From assembly GCA_039621445.1 (NCBI GenBank), contig CP154954.1:48649847-48713846 (forward strand): DNA of 64,000 bases. Reading direction: 5' to 3'. Shown piece by piece: positions 27,109 through 40,396 of the stretch. The stretch comes from Euglena gracilis. Its lineage: Eukaryota. The translations under genes were made by a program, and so were the position numbers. How positions within the stretch are numbered: position 1 is the stretch's first letter; every line of letters begins with the position of its first letter. A model generated the notes under the pieces. It was given only the letters and a program-made list of their open reading frames with translations, searched no databases and was not told the DNA's origin.

Positions 27109-30100
27109 GCCTTCTTGGCACTGCACCCAGTCGAGCCGAAGTCGGACGGTGCCCCGATATTCACAGGTATATTTGATTTATATGCAATTTATTTATAATG
27201 CAGTTCCCCATGCACCCCATGCCGCATCCCACACTCCATCGATGTCATTTGGGGAAGGTCATACATTTGCCAATTTAGTTTCATGAAATCCATTTTGCCG
27301 GGGAATCACTTTGGATGCTGTCCCCTGACGAAAAGGGGGGATGGGTGGATATGGTGGACAATATGGATATGGGGGACATGTGGTGGACGCGCCGGGTGGC
27401 AGGGTGCAAATTGGTATCCCACCTCATGCAAATAATTATTTTGCAGATAATTCTTCTTTTCCGGACGCCTTTGTTTGCGGTGGGGTATGGGCGTCGCTGA
27501 AGCTGGAGGGGGGGACCCAGCCAGCCAACCGGTTTTCAGTCCCCCCATGTGGAAATTTTAATTGTTCTCCGGCCCTTTGAAGAGCGGTTGGATGGTCACA
27601 AATTCTCAGCCTTGGAACTGAAATGTGACGAAAGCAGGTAAACCCCCAGAAATAACCCAAGTTTCTGGAACCATCTTTTTCACCTCCCCCCCCCCTGCCA
27701 GGTTATTTGGGCCATGTTGCCATGAAGGGGGTTTGCCTTAAAAATGGGGGTGCCAAATTACCACCTTTTTGGCTTGGGGGCTTAGGGGCAAGGGCCCTCC
27801 AGGTTTTTTTGGGGGGGGGTTAATATGGGTCGAAAATTGACTGCGCAGTTCAAAATTTTGTTTTTGGAACTCATGTCGTTGCATAACTAGCTATTCTTGG
27901 GCTAGTAATTTGGCTCTTTTGGCTTTTGGGGTATTTTTTTTTGCCGTTTGGCGTCACGTCCAGCTGGGAGACCCCCAGCCCCGGAAGAGGGGGAGGGTCA
28001 GCCAGCAGCCTGTTTTCCCGCCAGCCCAAAAGCTGTTTTCCTGCCACGGAGCTGACCCGGAGGCGACGCCCGGGTGGGGTCACCCCGGGGTCACACGGGG
28101 GTCACACCCGGGTCATTTGGGGTCGGCAGCCGCCATCGCGTCGTGCATTCACCGCCGCCTGGCTCTCCGCAGCTCCCGGAGGGCCAGCGGACAGCCACGG
28201 GGGGCCAGCGCCGTCCGCCGCAGCCGCCCCACCCCCGGCGAGGCGGAGGGGCCCGACACGGAGGCGGAAGACCAGGCCCGTGGCACTGCTCGCGTTGGAT
28301 GCGTCGATTTTTCCCGGCTGTGGTGGAAAGTTGCTTTTCAAAGTCATCTTTTTTCCCACAAGAAAACAGCCTCGAAGCAGGGGGAGATACGCAAGTTGCA
28401 CAACCCAAACCAGAAACCCAAATCTTGAGAATTTGCATTTTTTGCCTGAGTTTGTGTTTTTTCATAATGAAAATTTGACAATAAGTCATATCTGTGCATT
28501 TTTGTGTATTTTGCCTTACTGGTTTTTTCCCGGGCAATCTCAGTCATGTTCCTCAACCGTCAGACAACTGGAAGTTGCATTTCTCACATTTTGGACCAAT
28601 TTGACATTGACAGGAGTTGCACAATTAAATGCAAGGGCTGAAACTGGGCAAATCAACCATGCCAAGTTCGCAAGTTTGCAACCCAGGGGAGCTCCCAAAA
28701 GGAATGTTAATGCAGCTTTTGTTTTGCATTTTTTATAGTTCTTTGCATTTTTTTGCATTTTTTTTGCATTGCATATTTTGACGGGCTTTGTTGCATAATC
28801 CCCACCTGCTCGAAGTTTACCATCCCACAACCCCTTTCTGTGACCACTGGTGTTGTGCTGCCACCCCTAACTCCCTCGCCATGTGGTCGCCATGCGGCTC
28901 TCTGCGTCGTTGCGTTGACGTCTTATAATTGAATTCTTCCTCGGCGTTTGTCCGCTGGGTCGGTTGTCGGGCAGAAACACCACCGCAAACCACCTGCTCG
29001 GGAAACGTATTTCACTCCTGTCCCGTTCCCGGGCGTACTGGGCCCCTACGGCCCAGCCCGGGGAAGGTCACTGAGGGGGACTCAGGAGCGGGGTTCTCGG
29101 CGGCAACCCACGGCCCGCCCCTCTCCTTCTCCCGCAGGCGAGGGAGGGCCCCGGCGCGCTGCCCGATGAGGGGTTCCCGGCGGACCTGCCCCAGCCCCAG
29201 GTGTGTCCCGGGGTGACTCAGCCGCGCCTTAAACACCCCGGGCAGGGCTGTACCCCCCCCCTGTCGCGGACACACATCCCACCCCCGTGTCACCGGCATT
29301 TTCCTGGAACAATGGTGTGTCAACGACAAGGGGGGAGGTATGGGAATCCCTGCAACCCTATGGGTGGTGGGTGGTGGGGGGGGGGTCGACCACCCCCACC
29401 CACATTCCGGTGGTGAGGGAGGGGTTCGACCAACCCCCCCAGGCCTTCCCATATTTCTGGGCGCCGATTTTTAGGTCAAAAAATTCATTCGGCGTCGAAG
29501 GATTTTTCTTTGAGCGGGTGCCATAGTGGGTGGAGGGGGTCGACCACCCCCCACCAGGCCTTCCCGTACCGCCCTGGTCCCCGGAGGGGGTCCTTGGGAT
29601 GGGGGGGCCCCCTTCGCGCACTGCCAGACCCCCAACAGGAAACGAACCCCCGCTGGCAGAGTGCCACCGCTCCCCCGATCAACGCCCACCCTTCGCTGCA
29701 GTTGACGGATGCGGACGGCAAAGTCGTGCCTGAGGTGTGCCTGAGGTGTGAGTGTGCGATGGCGGCTGGTATGCCTTCGGTTCCGCAGGCACACCAAGGC
29801 TGTTCAGGAACCCCCAAATCCCATCCCATGGGTGGGGGGGCCCAACCCCCACCCACCCCTTCCTCTTCCTGGAGGCGCCGACTTTTGGGTTAAAATCTGC
29901 CTTCGGCGCCAAAGTTTATTCCTTGCGATGTGCTGTGGCAGAAGGGTCAAACCCCACCTCGGGTGGGGTGGGGGGCCTCAACCCCCCACCAGGCCTTTGG
30001 GGAAGGGGGGCATGGACGCATCGGGATGCAAGTTGCATCCCCTGAAGCACCCAGCAGGCGGGGGGGGGGCACGCCTCCCTGAGAGAACGGGGTGGGCTGC

Positions 30101-33100
30101 TTGTCGCCGGGGGAGGGATGGGGTCGTTCCGCTGCGGCCGCCCCCCCTCCCCCCCCCACCCCTCCCCCTGCCCAGGAACGGTCCAACTATCCGCTGTGGG
30201 CGTTTCGCAATGTGATGGGCCTCCTCGGCCTTCCCCAGGCCAGAGCCTTCCCAGCCTCCCCCTCCCATCTCTGTGGTCAGCGGGATCTCCCAAAGCGGAG
30301 GGCAGTTGGGTTCAGTCCGGGTAGCAGTCTGGTGTAAAGCCCCACAACTCGGGGGAATGTGGTTGAGAAAAGCAATGCAGGGTTCAAGTTGTTCCCAGAA
30401 TTGCGTCCCAACCCCCCAACACTGAATGCTGCTTCGACCGGGTTCATGTTCCAGTCTTCTCTTCCAGGCCCTGGTTGGTTCATGCTCGTGAGCAGCCAAC
30501 TGAACCACCCACCCTCCTCGGAAGCTTCATATTTTTGCAGAATTCTCGATCTGTCCATTTCTACCTGGAAAAGAGATTCCTTTGTGACCGACTTCAAATA
30601 CACTGCGGGGTGCTGCAAGGTGTCAGAAAGCAAACAAAAGGGGAGATCTGTTCCTCCAGAATGACACCGGGTACTGGCAGATGCCACACGCCGGGCACGC
30701 CCAGGGTTCTCCTGCAGTTTTGGCTGGTTTTGTATTCCCAGAGGTCAAGTCTGGGGGAATCAAAACTTGGTGCCCTCCACTTGGTTGCACTCCGGAAATG
30801 GTGGTGATACACATACAGGGCAGGGCTATGTAGGAATGCCTGGGGGGGGGGTCGGACCCCCACGCAGAGGTTGAGGGGATTGACCCCACCCATCACAGAA
30901 CCTTGCAAGAGAACTCCTTCGCACAATTGGTACTGAACAGAATTTTGACTAAAAAATCGGAGACCCCGTATTGGAGGGGATGGGGGGTCAGATACCCTCC
31001 ACACGGCGACCCTCCCCACAATAGTCTTCTGGGGATTCCCTAAGAGCGTAAACAGCCGCAGCGACCGGAACCCCAGAAGTGGACCGGAAGCGTAAGAGGA
31101 GGGATTTGAGCGGGATGTCCGAAGACATGAATAGGGTTCTGAAGCGTTTCTTTTTTACGTCCCTCGGAAGCTGTAGCGGGTTCTGAAAAGCGTTGCAGGA
31201 AAAATGGTCTCTTCACATTTTGCACCCATCCAGCCAATATTTTTCTGACCCTATTTTCTTGCCAGACTTTAGCGTAAGGTCTTCTCTCAAAAATGTTCCC
31301 GTGTCACGCGGCTTCCGAAGCCACTGTGGCCACTCCTCCTGACGCAAAATAAATCATATTATCGGGGGGGGGGGGGGTCAGGATCGGGCGGCAGGCGGGA
31401 GGCGAAGAATGGCGGTTGTAGCTGTGCAGCGTGCTGACGAACACGTCCCACCCGTCGTCTCCGCAGGCGGCCACCTGGCGCCGCCCTCACCGCCACGGCA
31501 CGTCCCACGGCACGGCACCGCTTCTGTTGTCCTGTCCACAATGTAGCGGTGGTCCTCTCTACGGGCACACTTCTTTTCCCATTCCTCCTGCCACTTCTGC
31601 ATGCGTTGTCCTCTTTTCGAAGCACGGACATGTGAGCAAACAGATATATTCTTTCCTCTGCCACCATGCTGCCCGAAGTGAAATCGGATGCAGGGGGGAT
31701 GCGGAAAGCCCTGGCAGTGGGGGATGCGGACTCCCAACAGATGAGACCTTAATACCGGGAGATGGGGAGCCGTAGTGTCCACAGGAGGGACCCCTCCCCC
31801 ACCGAGGGTGTGCGTGGAGGACGTTTTTGATCAGGCGAAACCGCTCTTACAGGATTTCGATTGCTCAGGCCCTCTTTGGCTTCGGCATCTTCTCCTTGGA
31901 AGATTCTGAAAACGATTGCTTCAGCCTCCTCTTCGTCCTTAGCTTCTCCTCCTTCGCGACCCAGCTTTCTCGTCTTTCAGGGTCAGTCCACTTACGACCC
32001 CCCCTCAATCAATACTTATTAATACTTATAAAAACAGATCATAAAATGACAAGAAAACCCTGAAAAATCTTCTTCCTGCCACTTATGTCCTTAGGCTATT
32101 TCCCTCCGGCATTTGTTCCCCTAAATTACCAGTGAATTAATGCCCCTCGTTCCCTTCTTCTTATTCCCAGAAAATGTATGTTCTCTTCCTTATATATATG
32201 GATACATCGGCTATATATGGTAGTCATACCTTTCCGGAGGATGTAACAGCTCGAATTAGAGGAGGAATTTAACTCCTTTTGGTGTTGAGGGTGACGACAA
32301 GAGCACAGGGGCAAATGCCATACGTGGACGGTCCAGAAGGCAGCATTGTCTTGTCTTAGCATTCATTAACAGCCCACTTCTGATCATCATCAAAAGGCCA
32401 TTCATGGAGAACGGGTGGCCAACATTTCGGTGATTCGGGACTTGGCTGTGTCATCTCATGATGATCCGGATGGCCAGCTGCATCGAACCTTCTGCCCACC
32501 AATATGTTCTGGGGATTCCCATATGGCCTTGCAGAGCGTAAACCAGCCGCACTCTCTGGAGGGCGGACCCCCAGAAGTAGAAGAGCGTGAAATTTGAGCA
32601 GATATGAAGACATGAATAGCTTGTGCGAGTTTTTGTCCCCGTCCCCTCGGAAGCTGTAGCGGGTTCTGAAGCGTTAAAAAAAAAAAATCCCCAAAATATC
32701 CCATTAAAAAATGCACCCCACCACATCAATGAAAAATCCGCAGGAAAAATGGCTGAAAAATGTTTTGACCCTTTTTGACGCCAGATCCTTATACCTAAGG
32801 AGCGGTTCTCTGCAAAAAAGTTCCACGTGCACCGCCCTTCCGAAGCCACTGTGGCCACTGCGCGGTGGTGCGTCCAGCGTGGCGCAAAGGCGAGCCCCCC
32901 CCCCCCCCCCCTCATCGGCCTGCTCTGGAGGCGGGGGGGGGGGGGGGCAGGATCGGGCTGGGGCACGGCGGAGACCCGGGGAGACGGCGGCCTGGCCGGT
33001 GTAGCTGTGCAGCGTGCTGACGAACACGTCCGCCACCAGCTCGTCGTCGTCCAGCAGGGCGGTCACCTGGCGCCGCACCCCGCCGCGCAGCCGGGCCACG

Positions 33101-33450
33101 GCGGGGGCGTCCAGCACCGCCGGCAGGCGGCCGCCCTCCTGCGGGCGGACACCGGCGGAGACGAGGCTGAGTAGGAGTAGGAGCCACAATGGGGCGGTGG
33201 GTCCCTACGGGCACACTTCTTCCCCTGCCCCGGCATCTGACTGCCAGCATCACCGGCACTGCATATCTGCACGCCATGGATGCCAGCCTGTTTTGTCCCA
33301 AGCACGGGACATGTGAGCAAACATTGGATTTCTTTCCTCTGCCAACATGCAGCCCCTCCCCACGATTTAAGTGAAATCCAACCGTTGCTGCTGCCCCGCC
33401 GCGGCAAAGCTGGGAAATCCTTGGCAGGGGGGATCGTCGGACTCCCAACG
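26219..33450 (-). CDS. Hypothetical protein, multi-exon (Arg/Pro/Ala-rich); may continue from the upstream minus-strand gene and/or extend below 26290
   Basis: In-frame chain: ~33450-33364 (SPTIPPAKDFPALPRRG...LKS), GT-AG, 33166-32998 (LVSAGVRPQEGG...DDDELVADVFVSTLHSYT), nonconventional, 30230-30085, nonconventional, 29780-29690 (...HDFAVRIRQLQRR), GT-AG, 29185-29044 (VRREPLIGQRAG...), nonconventional, 28267-28165 (ASVSGP...LRELRR), nonconventional, 26426-26219 (IKDRRQTVVPDLPAE...ETNH*). GC3-rich exons. No recognisable domain. Confidence 0.6.
26427..28164 (-). other. Nonconventional intron
   Basis: Minus strand agc-CAGGCGGC ... GCCACCTG-gctcc; joins RELR-R|IKDRRQ in frame. Confidence 0.7.
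28268..29043 (-). other. Nonconventional intron
   Basis: Minus strand gcc-CAG(tac)GCCCG ... CGGGCCTG-gtctt; phase-1 junction keeps the GC3-rich frame. Confidence 0.55.
31070..32600 (-). pseudogene. Degenerate tandem duplicate of ~32560-34460 (exon-bearing segment), or an assembly artefact
   Basis: Colinear matches, e.g. GTAGCTGTGCAGCGTGCTGACGAACACGTCC (~31418/33001) and GGCCAACATTTCGGTGATTCGGGACTTGGCTGTG (~32417/34304), with many deletions. Confidence 0.7.
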
Positions 33451-33674
33451 ACCCACCAGCAGGAGGGGAGGGGGGCCCCCACCTGCACGGGTGGACCCCC
33501 TCCCCCACCTGCCCCTCCCCCAAAACCGGGAATTTTTTGATCACCACGCCGACCCAGGAGGGAAGTGTTGCTGGGCCCAGCCGACGGGTTTGGCCAGGAC
33601 ACGTTTCCTTTGGAAGGAGTTGGCGAAACTGAAAACGATGCTTCAGAGGCCTCTCTGGGGTTCCTTTGCAGCTT

Positions 33675-36600
33675 AGGCCACCTTTCGCGATTTCTCCGCT
33701 GGGTTTAGGGTCCAGTCCTGGCAGGTGGTCGGGACGACCCCTCCCCAAGCAAATTCCACAAACTGACGCATATAATTTGCAGGTGCTGGAATCCACAAGA
33801 CTGTTATTCGAAGCATCATAACCCGTGCAGAAATGAGTCCGCAGAATTAAACCCCTGAAAACTGGGATGTCCCCTGCAGAAAAAAAATAAAATGTAATGG
33901 GTGGCTGCCCCTCCAGGCATTGTTTGTAGAGACGTCAAAACAATTTAAATCCCAGTGAATTAATGCCCCTCGGAAAAAAGTCCCTTCGTTATATTCCCAG
34001 AAAATGTGGCTGTATTCATGGTACAGTTTGTTATATCCATTAATATGGATACATCGGCTATATATGGTAGACATACCTTCCAGACATACTTTCCAGTTAG
34101 GATGTAACAGCTCTAATTGACAAGAGGAATTTCAAATATTCACTTCTTTTTGTTGTTGAGGGTGAGACAAAAGAGCACATGGGCAAATGCCATACGTCTT
34201 TGCAAAGGTCCAGAAGGGCAGCTATTGTCTTGTCATTAGCATTCATAAACAGCCCACTTCTGGACATCATCAACCAAAGGCCATTCCATGGCAGAAACGG
34301 GCTGGCCAACATTTCGGTGATTCGGGACTTGGCTGTGGTCATTTCATTGATGATCCGGATGGCCAGCTGCATCAGCACGTCCTTCTCCTCACCATCGCTC
34401 GTCAGAGGAAGCCCCATCACGCTTGCTTGCTATGGAAAACACGGCGAACCTTAGAGGGCGACTTGCAGTACACACAAAAAAAGAGACAAAAGGCAGACAT
34501 CCAGTTTAAATATTCTCCCTCAAGACACCATGCCATACCCCCGCACAATATAAAGCCCCCTCCCCAGGGGTTTGGTTTGCAAACCAAAAATAAAGCCCCC
34601 CAATATGTAATGCTCACCAATACATCATTCAGGAAAAAGAAGAAACATTTTGGTGGATTTTACAATTTTCTAGAAGAATTCCGGAATTTTGGACAGAAAT
34701 TTCATATATTTGTGGGGGTGCACAACCAAATTTTGGTATGCAATTGGTATTTGAAGGCTGCCAAAATTTGTATAGGCCGCCCAGAAAAGTTTGAGGCCCC
34801 AAATTGAAAAACCCCCCCAATTATAAAGCCCCCCTGAGGGTATTGAAATCCTGCCCAAATACGAAGCCGGGTGGGCTTTATATTTGGAGGGGGTAAAATT
34901 AGGAGAGGGTTGGTTTTATAAAAGCAATGTCGTGGCATTCTTGAGGCTGAAAGACTGGTCCTGGGATTAATTCACGTGGTGAGAAAAAGAAACCCTGGCC
35001 GTAAATACACCCTGCCCCCCCCCCATCCCTGCGACCGTCCTTGCAAAGAGTCGAAATTCAAAATGTACAATATGGTACAGGAATTGTCTCTGGTCCAGGA
35101 AGGTCCCCGCCCAGGGGGTGTTGACTGAAAACTGAAACCCACCAAACCACATTTGAAACCCCACCCACAACCTCCCAGGCGGTCAATCCCACCCGCCCGA
35201 CCCCCCCCCCAACCCCACAAAAAATGGTTCAAAAATCCCTGAAAAATATCGGGGGGGGGATGTCCAGCTGCCCAAACCCACCAGGATCCCCCAGAAGATC
35301 AGGAGATCATGCCAAGCTTAAAAAAAACGTCTTGTATCACAATTGGTAATATGCCTTGGACGGTGTTGATGGATGAGGCTGGAATGGAGTGCAGAGCAAA
35401 TAAAAAACAACACAGGTCGTTTTTGACATATTATGGAACGCCAGGGCTCCGCAGGCTGGCTTCAAAACTGGTCCCCATTTCTCAATGTATTTGGGTCCTT
35501 TGAAGAAAAATCGATGGCGTAAATGTTGTGTAAAACTCAGGGGAGTTGACTTTCTGGTCGCACCTCAAACCGTATCCATTGTGTGAGAAACAAAAAAAAT
35601 GCTATAAAAAACCCAGGGAATGCATCGAGGGCACATAATTCGACTGAGTCTCAATGGAGGTTCAAACAACACGTATGAGGACAAAGTGCGCATGGTGCAT
35701 TGGGGCCTGGCGCCATTCGCCTCTCCTGCAGCCGACCGAAAAATCCTGGTGTCAGATGGACGATGTGCCGTGCCACCAAAGAAGGGAACTGGGCCGTTGG
35801 CAGAGTTTGGCACAAGATAGGCAATGTGCCAATCTCTGGCCTCGGAGCACTCCAGAAATTCTTCCAAAAGCTCATCATAAGATACACCTGGAAAGAGAGG
35901 AGGGAGTTTGGACAGCAAAAAAAGTTGGTCAGCTGCAGGCCTATTCTGAAAAATTTTCGGTGAGTTTCGGGTTTAAACGTGGAATTTAAAAAACAACTTT
36001 CGGGTGGGGTTGAGGGGTTTGAAAGCATTTGGGGGTGGGGGACATCCGCAAGCAGGGTTTTCTGGGCCTCCTTGTCAGTCAGTCAGAAAAACACTTTACC
36101 AGGTACTCACCGGGGAGGCCAACCCTCCAAAATGATCCAATACTCTTGTTGCACTGTCATTTTGATGTATCAAAGAGATATTTGAATGCCACTCCAGACT
36201 GGAGCTTCTGGGGTGCTTTTGCTGTGTGGAATTAAATATTGTTGCGGTCAGACAAAACTCTGAAAATGGCTGTGTGCGTTGAGCTTCCAAAAAAACAAAA
36301 ATCCTAAGGGGGGGGGTCGCTGAGCTCATATCTCTTCAGATTTATTCAAAAATATAATATATTTTATAATATGCAAAATATGTATATTAAATACATAAAT
36401 AAATAATATGTAAAATATCTACATTACTTCCGAAAGTGTCTGTCAGACGAAATTGGCCCGTCAGACAAAATGTACCCCTGGAGACCCTCTATTATCCCCC
36501 AGACGCCGTTTTGGCTGCCGACACGCCTGCCAGCATTCCAGCTCGCTTTTATGGCCCAAGACAGCCATTTTGGGGTGTCTTTTTGGCTGATTTTGGTCAA

Positions 36601-39600
36601 AAAATCGATTTTAAAAAAATTGCTTGACAATGAAGCAAAACCAAAGGAAATGTCCGGAGACCAAAAATGAAGCCCTTGGAATATCCTAACAACTTTTTTC
36701 CCACTTCATGTGGCCCAACTTACGGCCAGTTTTCGGCCATTTTGGCTCATTTCTGGGACCATTTTGGGCTGTTTTCGAGGTGAAAAAAAAGGGATGTTTC
36801 CAAAAAAAAATGTTTGAAGCAAAATCAAAGGAAATGTCCGCAGACCTAAAATTAAGTCCTTGGAACGCCCCATCCAACGGTATTTTGATTTCTCTATAAC
36901 TCCACAGCTAGCCGGAGTTATGGGTCACTTTAAGGGCGCTTCGCTCCAAATATTGGGCGTTTTGGCTTGTTCTGACATTTTTTTAGCCGTCTTTGGCCAT
37001 TTCGGGGTTAAAAAAAAAACACGAAAATTTCAATATATAGCCAAAATGACGACCAATCAAAAGAAATCAGCAGGGACCTAAAAAAAAATCCCCAGGGGCC
37101 CTCTATTACCGTGACCAGGCCTCCAGGGCTAGTTGCCCTCCTGGCCCCAAATACAGCCCGTTTTGGCCATTTTTGATGGTCAGAAAATTGAAAATTTAAA
37201 AAAAATATTCAAAACGGTGGGTAATGGAAAGGAATTTGCCTGGGACCTTAAAAAAAGCCATGGGACCGTTCACGTGCCGCCGGCCAGACAGGGCCGGCCG
37301 GGTACCTTGGCAGGTATGGTAGATATTCTCACGTATATGCGGGTGCGTGTTGTATGTGTGATCTATTTATGTGAGTATGTGTGTGTGTGTCTCATTTTAG
37401 GAGCCATTTTGGGGGGGAGGTATGTCATGGGGGGCGACCTCAAGGGGTGGTTTAGGCATTTTTTTGTGAAAAGGTGGTATGCCTTTGGGGCGCTGGTGGC
37501 CAGGTATCTAAAAAAAAATGATTTAAAAAATCTTCTGGTTTTTGCTAAAATTTTTGGGGGTGGGGGCAATTTGGGGGGGCATGAGCACACATATCTATGT
37601 ATGCATACACACGCGCACATATATGACATATAAAATTTTTTACATATGCACACATACATTGTTTCCCAGGGGTTAAACTTGCCATATGTGTCTGTGTGTG
37701 TGTGTTTGTGTGTGTGCAACGTGACACCCCTCTCCATTGTCTACCCTTTGGTCCTACAGAACTCCTTGGTGACGGTAAGAGTGGGTCCTCCAAGGGGTCC
37801 AAGATCCTGCCCCATTCCAAAATATTCTTGAAAATAAGGGGGGGCTGCGATATGACTGCACCTTATCCCCAAAACTGGCAAAAAGGGCGTGGGGTTCCAA
37901 ATGAAAAGGGGCCAAAGGAAAAAAAAAGTGACAATAGGAGGGATCGGCACCCACCACTAATTGCCCACCCCCCGAGTCCTGAGGGGCTCAGGAATCAATT
38001 TTTTTAAATTAGAGGAAAATCACAAATAGAGGGGGGTCGCAATACACAGATTTTTACAGACATGAAGGATGCCCATGTGAAAACACATTAGTAGTTAATC
38101 ACACATGTGTAAATAATTTTCTTCGAGGTATCCCCCTTCTGGCGAGGGGGGGATGCCTTAGTTGGGATGCCTCAGTTGGTCCTTTGCTGAAGACATGGAG
38201 CCACCAAAACCACAGGGCTGGGGTCACTATGTCATGCTGTTGCCGCACTAATCTTATTTGTTTGATTAACCCCAAATATTATGGCCCTGGGCAGGGTTCG
38301 ATGAAAGGCAGGTGGGGGTCGGGGGGGGGTGGAGGACACCCCTTTCCCCGCAGGCCTGGAACACCCAAAAGGTCAACTTTTTTTCTCCACCAAAGCTTTG
38401 GATTTTGACAAAGGTTTTTCCAAAAATTGCCCAAAATGGCATTTTTGGTCGATTTAGGGGGAGCCCCGCCCCTGGGGGGGTTCATCCGGGAGGAGGGGGG
38501 TCACTTTCCACTTTCAAAAAACCAGTCAATCACTTGTTGAAACTTCCAACTTCCTACCCCTTGGGGGGGGGGTCACTCTGGCCACTGAGGAAGAATTTTG
38601 GGCAAAAACCAAAAAAATCCGGCATCTTCGGCGATGGGTGGCCACTTTCAGCCATATCTGGCTGACCCCACCCTTGAGGGGTGGGGGGTCTGGAGCCAAA
38701 AAAAAAAAAGAACCAGTCGATCACTCCAAAAAAACCACTCAGTCACCTGGGGGGTTCAGATACACCTTAAACAATGGCATGGTCTGGACCACACAGTTGC
38801 CTACCAAACCCCCGGGGAGGCAGGTTACTTTCAACTTCAAGAAAGCCTAGTCGGTCACTTTCAAAACCTCCCAGTCACCCATTTCCGACTCCCCTGGGGC
38901 CCTTGGGCCAAAATGGCTCAAAATCAATGCATTTTTTTTTGCCAAAAATCCCAAAAAAAATTCCGGCACCTGAGGCACCAGGTGTGGAGCCAAAACCAGT
39001 CAGCCACTCCGAAAAAAACCAGTAAGTCATCCGGGGGGGGTCGGACATGCCTGAAGCAATGTGTGGTCTGCACAATAGATTCACTAAGTGACCCGAGGGG
39101 GGGGGGCACTTTTCCCAAGGCCCAAACCCACCCAACCACTTTTTTTGAAAACCTACCCACCCACAACCCCCCAGGGGGGGCACCCATCCACCCAAAACAT
39201 AACCAAAATCGGCCAAAAAAGCTTAAAAAAGTTCCCGCCCGATCTTTGGCCTGGACAAAATCTGACCACGAGGAGGGGAAATGCACCAGCCTGGCCACCA
39301 AAAAAAAAATGCACAAAAATGTTCAAAATCTTAGAGAAAAGGCACAAAAATCAAGAAAATGCAAAAAAAATGCCCAAAACCCTGAAAAAAAAGCGGCACC
39401 AATTAACAGCAATTATGACAAATTTCAAAAAAAATTGAAATTTTGAAGGAAAAAAAATCCAAAAATTTCAAAAAAAATGGTCAAAAATGCAAAAAATTAG
39501 GGTAACTCATGAAAAAAATGCGAAAAAAAATGTCCTAAAAAGCGGAAAATCGCACAAAAATGCAAGAAACGTATTCCCCCCTTCATCTGACCCATGGCAT

Positions 39601-40396
39601 CCCCAGGGGTTTTTTTTTTAGCACCCGGGGGTCCAGACCCACCCACCCACTCACCCCCTGGGGGGGGGCTCCCCAGGGGGGGGGGCCACTTTTGGGGGGG
39701 GCACTTTTGGGGGGTCTATTTTGGGGACAAAAAAACTTTTGTTGCTGTGCACTGAAAATAGAGGGAAACCCCGCCTCGGCGGCCCGCCCCCCCCCCCCGG
39801 GGGGGGGCTTGGCAGGGACCCCCAGGGGTTTACGAAACTGAAAAAAATCTCTGAACCCCCCCCGTTTGGGGGGTCCAGAGCCCCCAACCCACCCACCCGC
39901 TCTCAGCAGGGGGTGTGGGCATACAGGTGTTAAATGACTCTGTGGTTTGTTCCCCCCCTCAGTTTAGGAGGGGGGAACACTCCACCCCGTACACCCTCCT
40001 TGTATCGAACCCTGCCCCTCGGCTGAGAGAACCCAATGGAGGTGACATAAAAAAGTACAAAAGCAGAGAAATGGGCATAGCAATGTAAAAACGCATACTT
40101 TAGACATTCTGCTGAGTCCAAGAGGAACCTCTTTGCAATATTGCCAAAAGCAGCACACCAATTTCCTCTGGTGGATGTTCAACATCAGGCAGCTCGCCCT
40201 CCTCCAGAGCTGCCTCACCAGCCGCCTCACATTTCACCTCATGGCCCTTCGCCACTGCATCCTCGGTCAGGAAATCACTTTCCAGAGCGGCCATCAGATA
40301 GGCTCGGGATGCATTGGGGCGGTTTCTTTGCATCAAAACCCCAAAGAGGGCGATGGCAGCAGCAATCAAGGCGGCTGGCATTGCGAGGGCAGTCAC
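33675..40396 (-). CDS. Probable plastid-targeted helical hypothetical protein, multi-exon, partial model
   Basis: Exon 40396-40159 (AG acceptor, GT donor) encodes VTALAMPAALIAAAIALFGVLMQRNRPNASRAYLMAALE..., a hydrophobic anchor followed by basic residues. Exons 35887-35842, 35795-35712, 34403-34308 and 34244-34196 splice to VSYDELLEEFLECSE|AQFPSLVARHIVHLTPGFFGRLQERRMA|TSDGEEKDVLMQLAIRIINEMTTAKSRITEML|NANDKTIAALLDLCKD. Exons at 36.05-36.25 kb and 33.6-34.1 kb are unresolved. A possible signal-peptide exon lies at ~43955-43800. Confidence 0.6.
34245..34307 (-). other. Short (63 nt) nonconventional intron, in frame and stop-free
   Basis: Minus strand ggc-CAGCCCGTTTCTG ... CAGAAGTGGGCTG-tttat: 13-bp stem with two G-U pairs in the +4/-6 register. 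Confidence 0.8.
35796..35841 (-). other. Short (46 nt) nonconventional intron
   Basis: Minus strand ggc-CAGAGATTGGCAC ... GTGCCAAACTCTG-ccaac (12/13 paired). Removal links the protein-like parts of two ORFs that are in different frames. Confidence 0.85.
37787..37982. repeat. ~195-bp repeat, inverted partner of 44551-44747
   Basis: Near-identical reverse complement; the ORF track shows matching MVGADPSYCH... translations on opposite strands. Confidence 0.9.
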
